Shown: one piece after another, positions 28,101 through 37,785 of the stretch
How the letters are laid out: the number at the start of each line of letters is the position of its first letter
Numbering within the stretch: position 1 is the stretch's first letter
Assembly: GCA_038231455.1 (NCBI GenBank)
Contig: JBBRLI010000005.1
Location: 1 to 64,000 of the forward strand
Direction: 5' to 3'
Source: Vulcanimicrobiales bacterium
GTDB lineage: Bacteria > Vulcanimicrobiota > Vulcanimicrobiia > Vulcanimicrobiales > Vulcanimicrobiaceae
Length of the DNA: 64,000 nucleotides
Program-made: the position numbers and the translations under genes
Notes under the pieces: model-generated
The model's database searches: none
Told to the model about the DNA's origin: nothing
The model's input: the letters and a program-made list of their open reading frames with translations, nothing else

Positions 28101-28803
28101 TCAGGACTCGGCGCCTGCGCTCGTCCCGACGCTCAAGATCATGGCACCGCCGAGCACGCTTGAAGCACTTGCCTGGGAGAAAGAGACGCTCGGAATTTTC
28201 ATCTCGGGTCACCCGCTCTCCGATGTCGCCGACGCCCTCGTGCGCGCCGGTGCGACGCCGGTGAAAGATCTGCGCGGTCTCGAAGACGACGCACGGGTGT
28301 CGGTTGCCGGACTCGTAACCTCGGTCCGACGCACGATGACCAAATCGCAATCGCAGATGCTCATTGCGATCGTCGAGGATATGACGGGCAGCATCGAGTG
28401 CGTCGTGTTTCCCAAGCAATACGCATCGCTCCAGCATTTCTTCATCGAAGATGCAATCGTAGTGATGCAGGGCAGCCTGCGTCTGCGCGAGCGGCGCGGA
28501 TCGGTTCCGGGCGAGGAGACGCCGCTGGAACTGAGCGTTACGATCAACGAGGTCAAGCCATTCGAGCGCCGCACCGTCGCGCCGCCGCCGATTGTTTCGG
28601 GCTGGCATGTGAACGTGAGTAAACGCGATCAGATCGACGACCTCGCGCAACTGATCGATTCCTCGCCGGGTCAGGTGCCCGTCGTGCTTCACATCGCAAG
28701 CGACGAGCAACGCATCCCTAAAGGTATCTCGCAGAATGCGTCCATCCGCAGTGAACTCGAACGCATCTTCGGGCCGGGCAACTTCCGTATGGGGCCGCCG
28801 TAA
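25189..28803 (+). CDS. dnaE: DNA polymerase III alpha subunit
   Basis: FVHLHVHSEYSLLDG PHP start at GTG 25189; GPGRGSAVGS, PDIDTDF, KMDFLGL and YGFNKSH; OB fold. Confidence 0.96.
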   Translation: MSAFVHLHVHSEYSLLDGACRVDSLCRRSAEDGSPGVALTDHGVMFGAMEFYYAARDFKLTPIVGCEAYIAPRGRFDKTVRDEAHVTLLAADLVGYRNLVTLISKGFLEGYYYKPRIDMDLLAKHHEGLIVLSGCMSSLVAQPLLKNDYAGAKKAAQSFVDIFGDRFYIEIMRHGIPEQDIVNDGLIKLAREMNLPLVATNDSHYLNRADAPAHDVLLCIGTGKTVQDVSRMKFYSDEFYVKSNAEMRELFADVPDACDNTVVIANRIDIQIPEKIFHLPDFPVPIRTRELTGSSLVAAGADRTLWTPPGLGGLDIAVLPDVPGATPPPISPDGVASAVVLKENEYETTAEDYLREICEAGLIERYGAERVASDPVLRERMDYELGVINKMGFASYFLITWDFIKYARDQDIPVGPGRGSAVGSIVSYVLKITDLDPIKFKLIFERFLNPDRISMPDIDTDFCVERRDEVIAYVTAKYGKERVAQIVTFGTMAARAAVRDAGRALGVPLPDVDRVAKLIPSGPGGLTIDKALEQIPELKVLYDSSPQIRKLVDTANSIEGLARHASTHAAGVVISKGPIVDYAPLIKLGEGDINTQYSMGWVEKIGLLKMDFLGLRNLTVMKAAVDEIRRTTDPTFELATIDDADTRTFDMLSRGETTGVFQLESDGMRRVVVDLKPNTLDDIIALVALYRPGPMEWIPQYIGNKHGRTKVTYLHPLLEPILSETYGIACYQEQVMQIARDVAGFTMGQADELRKVMGKKQKDKIPVYREKFISGAVENGLTAELADQIFAFVEPFAGYGFNKSHAAAYGWIAYQTAFLKANHPLAYFSALMTSVKDKTDKLVEYIDEAKKLRIKVLPPDVNASLVDFTVVADEIRFGLAAVKGVGEGAVRAILSARDEAGPFADLFDLARRVDTKNVNRKVLEALVKCGAFDTLPGNRAQLLDAIDSALEIANRATRDRESGQVSLFGEVQDSAPALVPTLKIMAPPSTLEALAWEKETLGIFISGHPLSDVADALVRAGATPVKDLRGLEDDARVSVAGLVTSVRRTMTKSQSQMLIAIVEDMTGSIECVVFPKQYASLQHFFIEDAIVVMQGSLRLRERRGSVPGEETPLELSVTINEVKPFERRTVAPPPIVSGWHVNVSKRDQIDDLAQLIDSSPGQVPVVLHIASDEQRIPKGISQNASIRSELERIFGPGNFRMGPP

Positions 28804-28804
28804 G

Positions 28805-30016
28805 ATGCGTCTCCCGGCCGGCGTTCGCGATTGGCTTCCACACGAACTCGTTCGCAAACGCGAAATCGAGCAAACGATGCGCGCGCTTTTCGGACGATGG
28901 GCGTATTCGGAAGTTGCAACGCCGAGCTTCGAGCGCTTTGACGTGCTCGAAATCGGTCTCGGTCGCGAACTGACCAAAGAATCGTTCCGTTTTGCCGACC
29001 GCCGTGCAACGGCGCTTGCGCTCCGACCGGAAATGACGACGCCGATCGCGCGCCTGGTCTCCACGCGAATGCGCGAAGATCCGCTGCCGCTGCGTCTCTC
29101 GTACGTTGCAACGGCGTACCGGTACTACGAGCAGCCGCAAGAAGGCAAGATGCGCGAGTTCACGCAGGCCGGAGTCGAGTTGATCGGCCCCGGCGGCCTC
29201 GACGCCGACGCTGAGGCGCTCTTCATGGCGATCGAAGCGATGGACGAAGTCGGCCTGCGCGACGCGCACTTCGACATCAACGATGCCGCGATCGTCGACG
29301 GCATCCTCGATGGCCTGGAACTCGATCCCGAAGCGATGCGCGCAGCCAAAGGCTTCATGGCCGACCGGAATATCGTTGCACTACGTGCGTTCGAGCGACC
29401 CGAACTCGTCTCGTTTGCGATGAGCCGCGGGGGACGCGATGTCACGGCGCGCGCGCGCACGATTTGCCGCACGAGCGCGTCGCTTGCCGCCCTCGATCGC
29501 ATCGACACCCTCTTCGAGCGCGCCGCGAAGCTCGGTCATGGCAGCCGCGTTTCAATCGATCTTGCGCTCTTGCGCGATCTGGAATATTACACGGGTTTTC
29601 TCTTCGAGGGGTACGTCCCCGAAGTTGGCTTCTCGCTGTGCGGTGGCGGGCGTTACGATTCGCTGTTGCCGCGCTTCGGCTACGATGCGGCCGCTGTCGG
29701 ATGGACGGCGGAGATCGAGCGCTTACTTATTGCGCTCGAACGGCGTGGCAAACACGTCGATCGCAAGCGCCCGCGCGTCGACGTGCTCGTGATGGGTTCC
29801 GATGTCATTGCAGCGCGCGAGCGCGCGGCGGGCAACGTCGTGCGCTTCGCCGGCGCAACGCTCACCGATGAGGAGCTGCTCGCCGACGCGCGCGCACACG
29901 GCATCCCGCGTGTTGTCGTCGCCACCAATGGCACGCTACGCGAACTCCACGTCGAATTGCACCCGAGCGAACGTTTGCCGCGACCTGTTGTCTCGCGCAA
30001 AGGTGAAGGATCGTAA
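28805..30016 (+). CDS. hisZ: ATP phosphoribosyltransferase regulatory subunit
   Basis: LPAGVRD, LRPEMTTPIAR, QAGVELIG, YYTG and GGGRYD; adjacent to the short hisG. Confidence 0.9.
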   Translation: MRLPAGVRDWLPHELVRKREIEQTMRALFGRWAYSEVATPSFERFDVLEIGLGRELTKESFRFADRRATALALRPEMTTPIARLVSTRMREDPLPLRLSYVATAYRYYEQPQEGKMREFTQAGVELIGPGGLDADAEALFMAIEAMDEVGLRDAHFDINDAAIVDGILDGLELDPEAMRAAKGFMADRNIVALRAFERPELVSFAMSRGGRDVTARARTICRTSASLAALDRIDTLFERAAKLGHGSRVSIDLALLRDLEYYTGFLFEGYVPEVGFSLCGGGRYDSLLPRFGYDAAAVGWTAEIERLLIALERRGKHVDRKRPRVDVLVMGSDVIAARERAAGNVVRFAGATLTDEELLADARAHGIPRVVVATNGTLRELHVELHPSERLPRPVVSRKGEGS

Positions 30017-30678
30017 TGCCGATACCGTCTCCCGCACATGCCGATCGCTTAGTCATCGCGATGCCGAAAGGCTCGCTCTATCCGGATGCAGCCGAACGGT
30101 TGCGCAAAGCGGGGATCGACGTCCCGGAGGACACGGGCCGCAAGCTCACCGTCGTCACGCCGGACGGAAAAGCGGAGCTGCTTTTCCTGCGCCCGACCGA
30201 TGTGCCCGCGTACGTTGAATTCGGCGCAGCCGATTGCGGCATCGTCGGAAAAGACGTGCTGTGGGAAAGCGATCGACACGTTTCGGAACTTGCGGATCTT
30301 GGCTTTGGGTATTGCCGACTGGTCGTCGCGGCGCGGCGCATCGACCGCTATCACGAAGGCGCGCCGTTCCCGACGTTCTTGCGCGTTGCGACAAAATTTA
30401 CGCGTTCGGCGGAAACGTATTTCTCCGAGCGCGATTTGCCCGTGCAACTGATCCCGCTGCATGGATCGGTCGAGTTGAGCCCGCTCGTCGGTCTTGCCGA
30501 TGCGATCGTCGATCTCGTCGCGACGGGGACGACGCTCCGCGAGCATGACATGGTCGTGGTCGATGAGATCGCCGAGAGCACCGCGCGCTTTGTCGTGAAC
30601 CCCGTCCGTTTCCGCGCGAAATACGACGCGCTCATGTCGCTGCTCGAACGTTTAGAAGGACGACCCATCACCGTATGA
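30016..30678 (+). CDS. hisG: ATP phosphoribosyltransferase, short form
   Basis: IAMPKG, DVPAYV, GIVGKD, VATKF, GSVEL and IVDLVATGTTL. Confidence 0.93.
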   Translation: MPIPSPAHADRLVIAMPKGSLYPDAAERLRKAGIDVPEDTGRKLTVVTPDGKAELLFLRPTDVPAYVEFGAADCGIVGKDVLWESDRHVSELADLGFGYCRLVVAARRIDRYHEGAPFPTFLRVATKFTRSAETYFSERDLPVQLIPLHGSVELSPLVGLADAIVDLVATGTTLREHDMVVVDEIAESTARFVVNPVRFRAKYDALMSLLERLEGRPITV

Positions 30679-31955
30679 TCATCATTGATGCCCAGGACCG
30701 GGCCGCACTCGCGCGCTTGTATACCGGCGGCTGGGATCCGCCGCGCGCGATCCGCGAGACGGTCGCGGCTATTCTCGAGGACGTGCGCACGGGTGGGGAT
30801 GCTGCCGTCGTTGCCTACACGCAGCGCTTCGATGACCCTCGGGCGACGATTGCCTCGATGCGCGTCGATATCCCGACACGCGCCCACGCGCGCGGTTTGA
30901 TTCCCGAACAAATTGCGGCCGGGCTTGAGATTGCGCGCGAGCGAATCGCGGAGTTCCACACCGCACAGCGTCCAACCGATGTTTCCTATCGCAGTTCCGA
31001 CGGCACGTATAGCGCATTCGTGTACCGCCCCCTTGGAAGCGTCGGATCGTACGTCCCCGGCGGAACGCAAGAGTTGCCCTCATCGGTGCTGATGGCCGTC
31101 GTTCCGGCAAAAATCGCCGGCGTCGAGCGCATCGTTGTGGTGACACCGCCGCAACGGGACGGATCGATCAATCCCGCAATTCTTTACGCGTGCAGCCTTT
31201 GCGGAGTCGATGAGCTCTACGCCGCGGGCGGCGCGCAAGCGATCGCAGCACTCGCGTACGGAACAGCAACCATCGCTCCCGTCGACAAAATCGTCGGACC
31301 GGGAAACGTGTACGTGACTGAGGCCAAACGTCAGATGTTCGGGATCTGCGGCATTGATGGTCTAGCCGGCCCCTCGGAGGTTCTGGTCGTCGCCGATTCG
31401 CAGGCGAAGCCGACCTTTGTTGCCGGTGAAATCCTCGCACAAGCGGAGCACGATCCGCTTGCACGGGTAGCCGCTGTTTCGACGGATCGCGCCCTGCTCG
31501 AAGCCGTAAGCGCATTGCTCGAAGGCGACTTCGCGCGGGAGACCGGGCGTGGCGATATCGTACAGAAGGTCTTGCGTGATGGCACGTATCTCATCCATGC
31601 CGCCACGCACGATGAAATTTTTGATGTGATCGAACGTTTCGCACCCGAACATCTCTCGCTGCAAGTCGCCGATCCGCATGCGATGATTCCGCGCATACGC
31701 CGCGCCGGAGCGATCTTCATCGGCGACGATACGCCCGTTGCGGCCGGCGACTATATCGCAGGGAGCAATCACACGCTACCGACCTCGGGCGCCGGGCGCT
31801 TTTCATCGGGCCTACGGACGCTCGATTTCGTGCGCTCGATGTCGATCATCGAAAACAGCCGCGCGCGCATGCATGGTGACCGCGAAGTGCTCGCGGCGCT
31901 CGCGAATTTCGAAGGACTCCCCGCACACGCGCGAACGGCGCTCTTGCGCGATTGA
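30675..31955 (+). CDS. hisD: Histidinol dehydrogenase
   Basis: YVPGG, GGAQAIAALAYG, GPGNVYV, AGPSE, QAEHD, APEHL and GDYIAGSNHTLPT. Confidence 0.95.
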   Translation: MIIIDAQDRAALARLYTGGWDPPRAIRETVAAILEDVRTGGDAAVVAYTQRFDDPRATIASMRVDIPTRAHARGLIPEQIAAGLEIARERIAEFHTAQRPTDVSYRSSDGTYSAFVYRPLGSVGSYVPGGTQELPSSVLMAVVPAKIAGVERIVVVTPPQRDGSINPAILYACSLCGVDELYAAGGAQAIAALAYGTATIAPVDKIVGPGNVYVTEAKRQMFGICGIDGLAGPSEVLVVADSQAKPTFVAGEILAQAEHDPLARVAAVSTDRALLEAVSALLEGDFARETGRGDIVQKVLRDGTYLIHAATHDEIFDVIERFAPEHLSLQVADPHAMIPRIRRAGAIFIGDDTPVAAGDYIAGSNHTLPTSGAGRFSSGLRTLDFVRSMSIIENSRARMHGDREVLAALANFEGLPAHARTALLRD

Positions 31956-32749
31956 AGAAGCTGCTCGCGCTCGACCTGGATGGAACGGTCGTTGGTCCCG
32001 GTCCCGCAATTACCGACGCCGTCGTCGCGGCGGTTGGGCGCGCCCACGCTGCGGGGATGGCCGTCACCGTGATCACCGGTCGCATGTATGCGGCGGCAAA
32101 ACCGTTTATCGACCGGCTGGGCCTCACCGGGCCGGTCGTTTGCTATCAAGGCGCCGCGATCTTCGATGCGCGTTCGGGCGAGGTCTTGCAACGCACGCCG
32201 GTCCGGCGCGACGTGGCGCACGAGATTCTTGCGGCGGCCGTGGTCGACCGAATTCACGCGCAGTGTTACGCCGAGGATCGACTCTATCTCGATGCGATCA
32301 ACGACTGGTCGCGCGTGTACATCGATCTTGCGAACGTCGAACCGGTCATCGTCCCCTCGCTCGTCGCGGCATTCGCCGAGCGCGATACCGATAAGATCGT
32401 CCTCGTCGATTCGCCGGAACGCGCGAGCCGCTATGTCGAGATCGTCAAAGAGCGCATGGGCGACCGCGCGTACGTCACCCGTAGTAATCCGGAGTTCGTC
32501 GAAATCCTCGATCCACGCGTGAGTAAGGGCACCGCCCTCGCCTTCGTTGCCGCACACTACGGGGTCGAACTTGCCGACACCATCGCCGTCGGCGACTCGT
32601 GGAACGATTTGCCGCTGCTCGATGCCGCGGGGTTCGGCATCGCAATGGGTTCGGGGCCGCCGGAGCTTTTGGCGCGCGCCGATGCGGTCGTCGCCGACGT
32701 CATGCACGACGGCGTTGTCGAAGCGATCGACCGGTACGCGCTGCGGTGA
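31952..32749 (+). CDS. Cof-type HAD hydrolase
   Basis: DLDGT, ITGR, SKG and GDSWND motifs. Confidence 0.9.
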   Translation: MKKLLALDLDGTVVGPGPAITDAVVAAVGRAHAAGMAVTVITGRMYAAAKPFIDRLGLTGPVVCYQGAAIFDARSGEVLQRTPVRRDVAHEILAAAVVDRIHAQCYAEDRLYLDAINDWSRVYIDLANVEPVIVPSLVAAFAERDTDKIVLVDSPERASRYVEIVKERMGDRAYVTRSNPEFVEILDPRVSKGTALAFVAAHYGVELADTIAVGDSWNDLPLLDAAGFGIAMGSGPPELLARADAVVADVMHDGVVEAIDRYALR

Positions 32750-33507
32750 GTTCGCGCGCGAAGGACACGCGTCGCCGGACGAAGCGTTCGCCGCTCGTCC
32801 GTCTGCGCGTTTTTGCATTCTTCATCATCGTCATCGTCGTGCTTGCGATTTGGGGCGGCTTTGCACTCGCGACCGCACCGCTCTTCCGCGTCGGAACGGT
32901 CGCTGTTACCGTAACCGGCGACGCGAAGCGCGTCACCGGGACGCAGATCGTCAACGCGGCGCATATCGATCCGGGCGCGAATGCCTGGTTGCTGAACGAA
33001 AAGACAATAACCGCGCGGATCAACGCACTTCCGTGGATTGCAAGCAGTCGGATTTCGCGCACGTTACCCGCCCGCGTGGAAATCATCGCTACCGAACGCG
33101 TTCCAATGGCTTGTCTGCAAGCAGGCCGTCTCCTCACGATCGATGCGACGCAGCGCGTGCTCGACTCATCGTGCACCTCCGCGCAACTCACGCTGATCAG
33201 CGTCGCATTGAAAAAAATCCCCGTCCCGGGCGAGACGATCGGCGACGAGCGCATCGGTCAACTCGTGCGCGATCTTGCAACGCTCGCGGCGGCGGGCATC
33301 CCGGTGCAGTCACTCCACCTCGATCGGTATGCATCGCTCGTTGCGATCGACCCCCACGGGGTCGAACTCAAATTCGGCGATGACGAAGACCTCGCCAAAA
33401 AGGCTACGCTGATCGATCCGATCCGCCGAGCGACCCAAAACAAGGGCCGAGCGGTCACCGCAATCGACGTCCGGGCACCCCAAACGCCGGTCGTCAGCTA
33501 CCGTTAG
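32746..33507 (+). CDS. ftsQ: Cell division protein FtsQ/DivIB
   Basis: Basic N-terminus, one transmembrane helix, POTRA (LPWI...R.LP...ER.P) and C-terminal IDVR; upstream of ftsA. Confidence 0.82.
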   Translation: MSSRAKDTRRRTKRSPLVRLRVFAFFIIVIVVLAIWGGFALATAPLFRVGTVAVTVTGDAKRVTGTQIVNAAHIDPGANAWLLNEKTITARINALPWIASSRISRTLPARVEIIATERVPMACLQAGRLLTIDATQRVLDSSCTSAQLTLISVALKKIPVPGETIGDERIGQLVRDLATLAAAGIPVQSLHLDRYASLVAIDPHGVELKFGDDEDLAKKATLIDPIRRATQNKGRAVTAIDVRAPQTPVVSYR

Positions 33508-33591
33508 GAACGACTTGCAACAAGGGCCAAAGCCCACGTTCTAGTAGGAGAACGACTTCCCACCCACAATATCTTGGGGCGTGACGTCAAA

Positions 33592-34821
33592 ATGAAATAT
33601 GAGACGGTAGCCGGTCTCGACATCGGGACCACCAAAACGTGCGCCGTCGTCGCTGCCATCGGACCCGAAGGCCTCGAGATCATCGGGGTGGGCGAAGCAC
33701 CCTCAACCGGGATCCGAAAAGGCGTCGTCACCGACCTCGAGGAGACCGTCAAAGCGATCGAAGCCGCGACGGAAAAAGCCGAGCGCATGGCCGGCGTGCA
33801 CATCTCGCACGTGTATGTCGGCGTCACGGGCGAGCACATTCAATCGACCAACAACCGCGGGGTCGTGGCGGTGACGGGCGATGAACGCGAAGTCGTTACC
33901 GCCGATGTGAAACGCGTAGTCGATGCATCGAAGATTATCAACCTTGCGGCCGATCGACAGATCGTGCACGCGCTGCCGCGTCATTTCACCGTCGACGGGC
34001 AAGACGGCGTGACCGATCCCGTTGGCATGTCGGGCGGACGGCTCGAAGTCGACACGCACATCGTCACGGGCGGTACGACGTTTATTTCCAACGTGCTCAA
34101 ATGCGTGCATCGTGCGGGCCTGGAGACGGCCGGCATCGTGTTTCAACCGCTGGCAAGTTCGGCGGCAACGCTGCTGCCCGAAGAGAAGCACGTCGGCGTG
34201 ATCTTGCTCGATATTGGCGGCGGCACGACAGATATCGCCGTGTACAGCGGCGGCGGCGCGATTCACACCGCGACGATCCCGGTCGGCGGCAACATCATCA
34301 CGAACGACATCGCGCTTGGCCTCAAGACGACCTTCGCCGAGGCGGAAAACATCAAGAAGACGTACGCGTCCGGTGCTTCGCGCATCGACGATCCGAATGA
34401 TGACACGATGACGTTTTCGGTGAAGACGCTCGATGGCCGCACGTCGCGCGAGATGACCGGCGCGCAACTGCGATCGATCGTCGTGCCGCGCATCTTAGAG
34501 ATTTTCCGCATGGTCAAGGCGAACATCGTCGCCAGCGTCCCGCGCGACCAAATTCTGGGCGAGGTCGTCATCACCGGCGGCGGCGCGCGCTTGCGCGGCA
34601 TCGATTCCTCGGCCGCGGACTTCTTCGGTCTCCCCGTGCGAATCGGTGTGCCGACGACCATCGCCGGACTCAACGACTCGATCAAACAACCGGAGTACGC
34701 GACGGCCGTCGGCCTCGTTCTCTTTGGACCGCGGGGCGAAGGCGCTCCGCACTCGGCCGTTCGAACTGCACCTAACCCGTTTGCGCGGATGTGGACGTGG
34801 CTCGGCGGACTGTGGAACTAG
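33592..34821 (+). CDS. ftsA: Cell division protein FtsA
   Basis: [29 protein letters not shown] and ATAVGL; amphipathic tail. Confidence 0.95.
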   Translation: MKYETVAGLDIGTTKTCAVVAAIGPEGLEIIGVGEAPSTGIRKGVVTDLEETVKAIEAATEKAERMAGVHISHVYVGVTGEHIQSTNNRGVVAVTGDEREVVTADVKRVVDASKIINLAADRQIVHALPRHFTVDGQDGVTDPVGMSGGRLEVDTHIVTGGTTFISNVLKCVHRAGLETAGIVFQPLASSAATLLPEEKHVGVILLDIGGGTTDIAVYSGGGAIHTATIPVGGNIITNDIALGLKTTFAEAENIKKTYASGASRIDDPNDDTMTFSVKTLDGRTSREMTGAQLRSIVVPRILEIFRMVKANIVASVPRDQILGEVVITGGGARLRGIDSSAADFFGLPVRIGVPTTIAGLNDSIKQPEYATAVGLVLFGPRGEGAPHSAVRTAPNPFARMWTWLGGLWN

Positions 34822-34856
34822 AACAACCCAAGCTCTTTCCGGAGGATCAACTTACC

Positions 34857-35924
34857 ATGGCTGATGCAAAACGCTTCGTCCCCGAACACGCGGCGACGAT
34901 CAAGGTCATAGGTCTCGGCGGCGGCGGCTGCAACGCAATCAATCGGATGATCGAGCAAGGGTTGGCCGGTGTAGAATTCTACGCGATCAACACCGACGTC
35001 CAAGCGCTGCGCAACGCAAAGACCAATAACACCGTGCAAATCGGCACCGGACTCACGCGCGGCCTCGGCGCCGGCGCAAACCCGAACATTGGCCGAGAAG
35101 CAGCAGAAGAGTCTCGCGAGGATCTTGCGATGATTCTCGACGGTGCGGACCTCGTGTTCATCACCGCAGGCATGGGCGGCGGCACCGGCACCGGTGCAGC
35201 ATCGGTCGTCGCGGAACTTGCGCGCGAATCCGGCGCGCTCACCGTGGCGGTCGTAACGAAGCCGTTCTCGTTCGAAGGCCGCAAACGTATGCAGCTAGCC
35301 GAGCACGGCATCAAAGAACTCGAATCGAAAGTCGATACGCTCATCACGATCCCAAACGAGCGCATCCTGCAGATCATCGAGAAACGTACGCCGCTGCAAG
35401 AGGCGTTCACCTACGCCGATGACATTCTGCGCCAGGGCATCCAAGGCATCAGCGACTTGATCACCCAGCCCGGCCTCATCAACCTCGACTTCGCTGACGT
35501 CAAGACAATCATGACCGATGCAGGCTCGGCGATGATGGGCATCGGGGAAGGTTCGGGAGAACACCGCGCTGCCGACGCAGCACAAAAGGCGATCGCCTCA
35601 CCGCTGCTCGAGACCACGATTGAAGGCGCGCGCGGCGTGATCTTCAACATCACCGGCGGTACCGATCTCTCGATGTACGAAGTGAACGAAGCAGCAGAGA
35701 TGATCTCACGCGCGGTCGACTCCGAAGCACAGATCATCTTCGGCGCATCGATCGATCCGACGATGCAAGGCAAAGTCCGCATCACGGTCCTCGCCGCCGG
35801 CTTCGGCTCGCGCCCGCACCGCGGCATGTCGATGTCGAATTCCAACGGCATCGAATTCGACAAAGTCGCCCCGGTCAACATGGACGACATCGAAGTCCCG
35901 GCGTTCCTGCGCTATCGCAGCTAG
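34857..35924 (+). CDS. ftsZ: Cell division protein FtsZ
   Basis: [29 protein letters not shown] and C-terminal DIEVPAFLR. Confidence 0.97.
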   Translation: MADAKRFVPEHAATIKVIGLGGGGCNAINRMIEQGLAGVEFYAINTDVQALRNAKTNNTVQIGTGLTRGLGAGANPNIGREAAEESREDLAMILDGADLVFITAGMGGGTGTGAASVVAELARESGALTVAVVTKPFSFEGRKRMQLAEHGIKELESKVDTLITIPNERILQIIEKRTPLQEAFTYADDILRQGIQGISDLITQPGLINLDFADVKTIMTDAGSAMMGIGEGSGEHRAADAAQKAIASPLLETTIEGARGVIFNITGGTDLSMYEVNEAAEMISRAVDSEAQIIFGASIDPTMQGKVRITVLAAGFGSRPHRGMSMSNSNGIEFDKVAPVNMDDIEVPAFLRYRS

Positions 35925-35946
35925 TTCTCTGCACCGCAATATCCCG

Positions 35947-35981
35947 AAAGTGGGGGACGCTTGATGCGTCTCCCACTTTTT
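35947..35981. terminator. Terminator after ftsZ
   Basis: AAAGTGGGGGACGC-TTGAT-GCGTCTCCCACTTTTT. Confidence 0.85.
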
Positions 35982-36121
35982 ATTGTAATGTGTCTCGGGC
36001 GATTTTCGAACGCTTCCAAAACTCGGGAAGCCAAGTTAGGCCGCCGACTGCAGGCGGGAAATAATATTAAACTTTTTGTTAGGTAGGTGCGGGATCCAAA
36101 ACCATCGTAGCCGCTCGACAT

Positions 36122-36484
36122 TTATTTCTTGCGTGTCGGTTTCGAGGGTTGCCCGAGTACGAACTTGGCGCTTTGGAGCAGCCATCGTCGTAACTGACCT
36201 GGATTGCTATGGAAGAGCGGTGGCACCAGTACGTACGATTTGCTTGGCGGATCGGTCGGGCTGTATTGCAAAGGCCGGGCGTCCGGTTCGTCAAGTAGCT
36301 CGCCGCGCTCGGGCTCGCCGAGCTTGATCGCGATGCCCATGTTCGAAAGAGAGCAAAAAGGCCGATCTTCGACGTAGCCCATGATGCCTCCGAACATCTT
36401 GCGGAAGCGCAGACCCAGTTTGTTTGCGGCCGCGGATTCGACATGCGATTGAAGATCGGCGGGGTCATACGGCTGCTCTTTCAA
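36122..36484 (-). CDS. TfoX/Sxy N-terminal domain protein
   Basis: RKMFGG...Y...F motif; Y..VP. Confidence 0.75.
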   Translation of the reverse strand: MKEQPYDPADLQSHVESAAANKLGLRFRKMFGGIMGYVEDRPFCSLSNMGIAIKLGEPERGELLDEPDARPLQYSPTDPPSKSYVLVPPLFHSNPGQLRRWLLQSAKFVLGQPSKPTRKK

Positions 36485-36486
36485 AC

Positions 36487-36885
36487 CTATGAAACGGGTT
36501 CACAAATCTCCACAAGAAATCCGTTCGGATCGCGCACGTAACCGAGTTTTTGCCCCCACGCCATGACCGAGACGGCTTTTGCTAAGCGTCCGCCGGCGGA
36601 AAGTGCGCGTTCCATCATCGCCTCTACATCGCTGGTAACCAGGGCGATCTCGGCTCCGGATTCCCGATCGGACTGACCTTTTATCGGAATACCGAGCTCG
36701 CGCTCGATCAATGTTTCGGCGGCAAGAGCGAGTACCGTCAAGCCGGTCTCGAACTCTAGATATTCTCCCGATTCATGTGCGAATCGCACTTCGAGCCCAA
36801 ATGCCTTGCGATAAAACGTTGCCGTCGCAGAAACGTCCGGCACGTGAAGGATGACATACCCTAAAGCAATCGACGATTCTTTCAT
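36487..36885 (-). CDS. VOC/glyoxalase family protein
   Basis: V.DV....FY..AFGL; WGQ...Y.RDPNG.LVE. Confidence 0.85.
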   Translation of the reverse strand: MKESSIALGYVILHVPDVSATATFYRKAFGLEVRFAHESGEYLEFETGLTVLALAAETLIERELGIPIKGQSDRESGAEIALVTSDVEAMMERALSAGGRLAKAVSVMAWGQKLGYVRDPNGFLVEICEPVS

Positions 36886-36928
36886 CGATCGAGTATCTCA
36901 AGAATGCCGTTCAAAGGTCATGAAGAAA

Positions 36929-37702
36929 TCAGACATGTCCGCCGAGAAGTGCCGGCGTTTGCGCCGCAAATCGATGAAACTCGCGAGTCATATGTGCTTG
37001 ATCCGCGAAACCGCAGAGATACGCAGCATCAGTGAGTGCTCGCCCGCCCACCGATATCAAGCGCTTCGCCCGCTGGAATCGATGAATTCGCGCGAAGAGA
37101 TTTGGCGAAACTCCGGTCCACGCGAGCACATCGCGGTGTAAGGTTCGCTCGGTAACTCCTATCGTGCGTGCGACCTCTTCAAGTCTTGGGTGTGCGCTGG
37201 TGGAACGCAGACGCTCCAGCGCATCGAGAACGCGATACGGTACCTGAAGCGTGTCGTGCGCATCATGTCGATTGATAAACTCGAGAAAATGTCCGGCGAC
37301 TCGATCGAATGACGTCTCCGCGCGTACGTGGTCATTCAATGCTCGCAAAACGGGAAATTCCGTGGCAGCGACTTGCGAGTCGCGTAGGTCGGGCACGTCA
37401 ATGCGTAACAGGAGCCGGGCTACACCGGGTTTGAAGCGCACTCCGACATAGGACGTTCCCGGTTCGATGTTTACGAACTTACCCCGACTATCAACGCCGT
37501 TGACGAACAGGGAAAATTGCCCGTCGGCCGCCTGCTGCCCGATCAGGTCGACGCACCCATCGGCGACAATCGCTTTTATCTGGGCTGCCGTACTCGACGA
37601 CGAGCGATCGATCCAAAGTGCGTCGATTGCGTGTCGCAGGTGATCGGGCGGTTGGCTTTCTGAACACGAGCGGGTTAGCGCCAGCGACGCGTCGAGCATC
37701 AT
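36929..37702 (-). CDS. AraC-family transcriptional regulator
   Basis: DGCVDL, GVRFKPG, ERTLHR and GFADQAHMTREF. Confidence 0.85.
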   Translation of the reverse strand: MMLDASLALTRSCSESQPPDHLRHAIDALWIDRSSSSTAAQIKAIVADGCVDLIGQQAADGQFSLFVNGVDSRGKFVNIEPGTSYVGVRFKPGVARLLLRIDVPDLRDSQVAATEFPVLRALNDHVRAETSFDRVAGHFLEFINRHDAHDTLQVPYRVLDALERLRSTSAHPRLEEVARTIGVTERTLHRDVLAWTGVSPNLFARIHRFQRAKRLISVGGRALTDAAYLCGFADQAHMTREFHRFAAQTPALLGGHV

Positions 37703-37785
37703 CCACGCTTCACGATGCGAACGCTACGATTCCTCCGGAATCGATGGCGCAGGCGTGAGAACGCTCGCCTCCGTATCGACTTTTT

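Noticed and set aside
25258-29064. Long minus-strand ORFs (510 aa and 435 aa) opposite dnaE
   Set aside because: Antisense open frames are typical of high-GC codon bias, and these have no recognisable motifs
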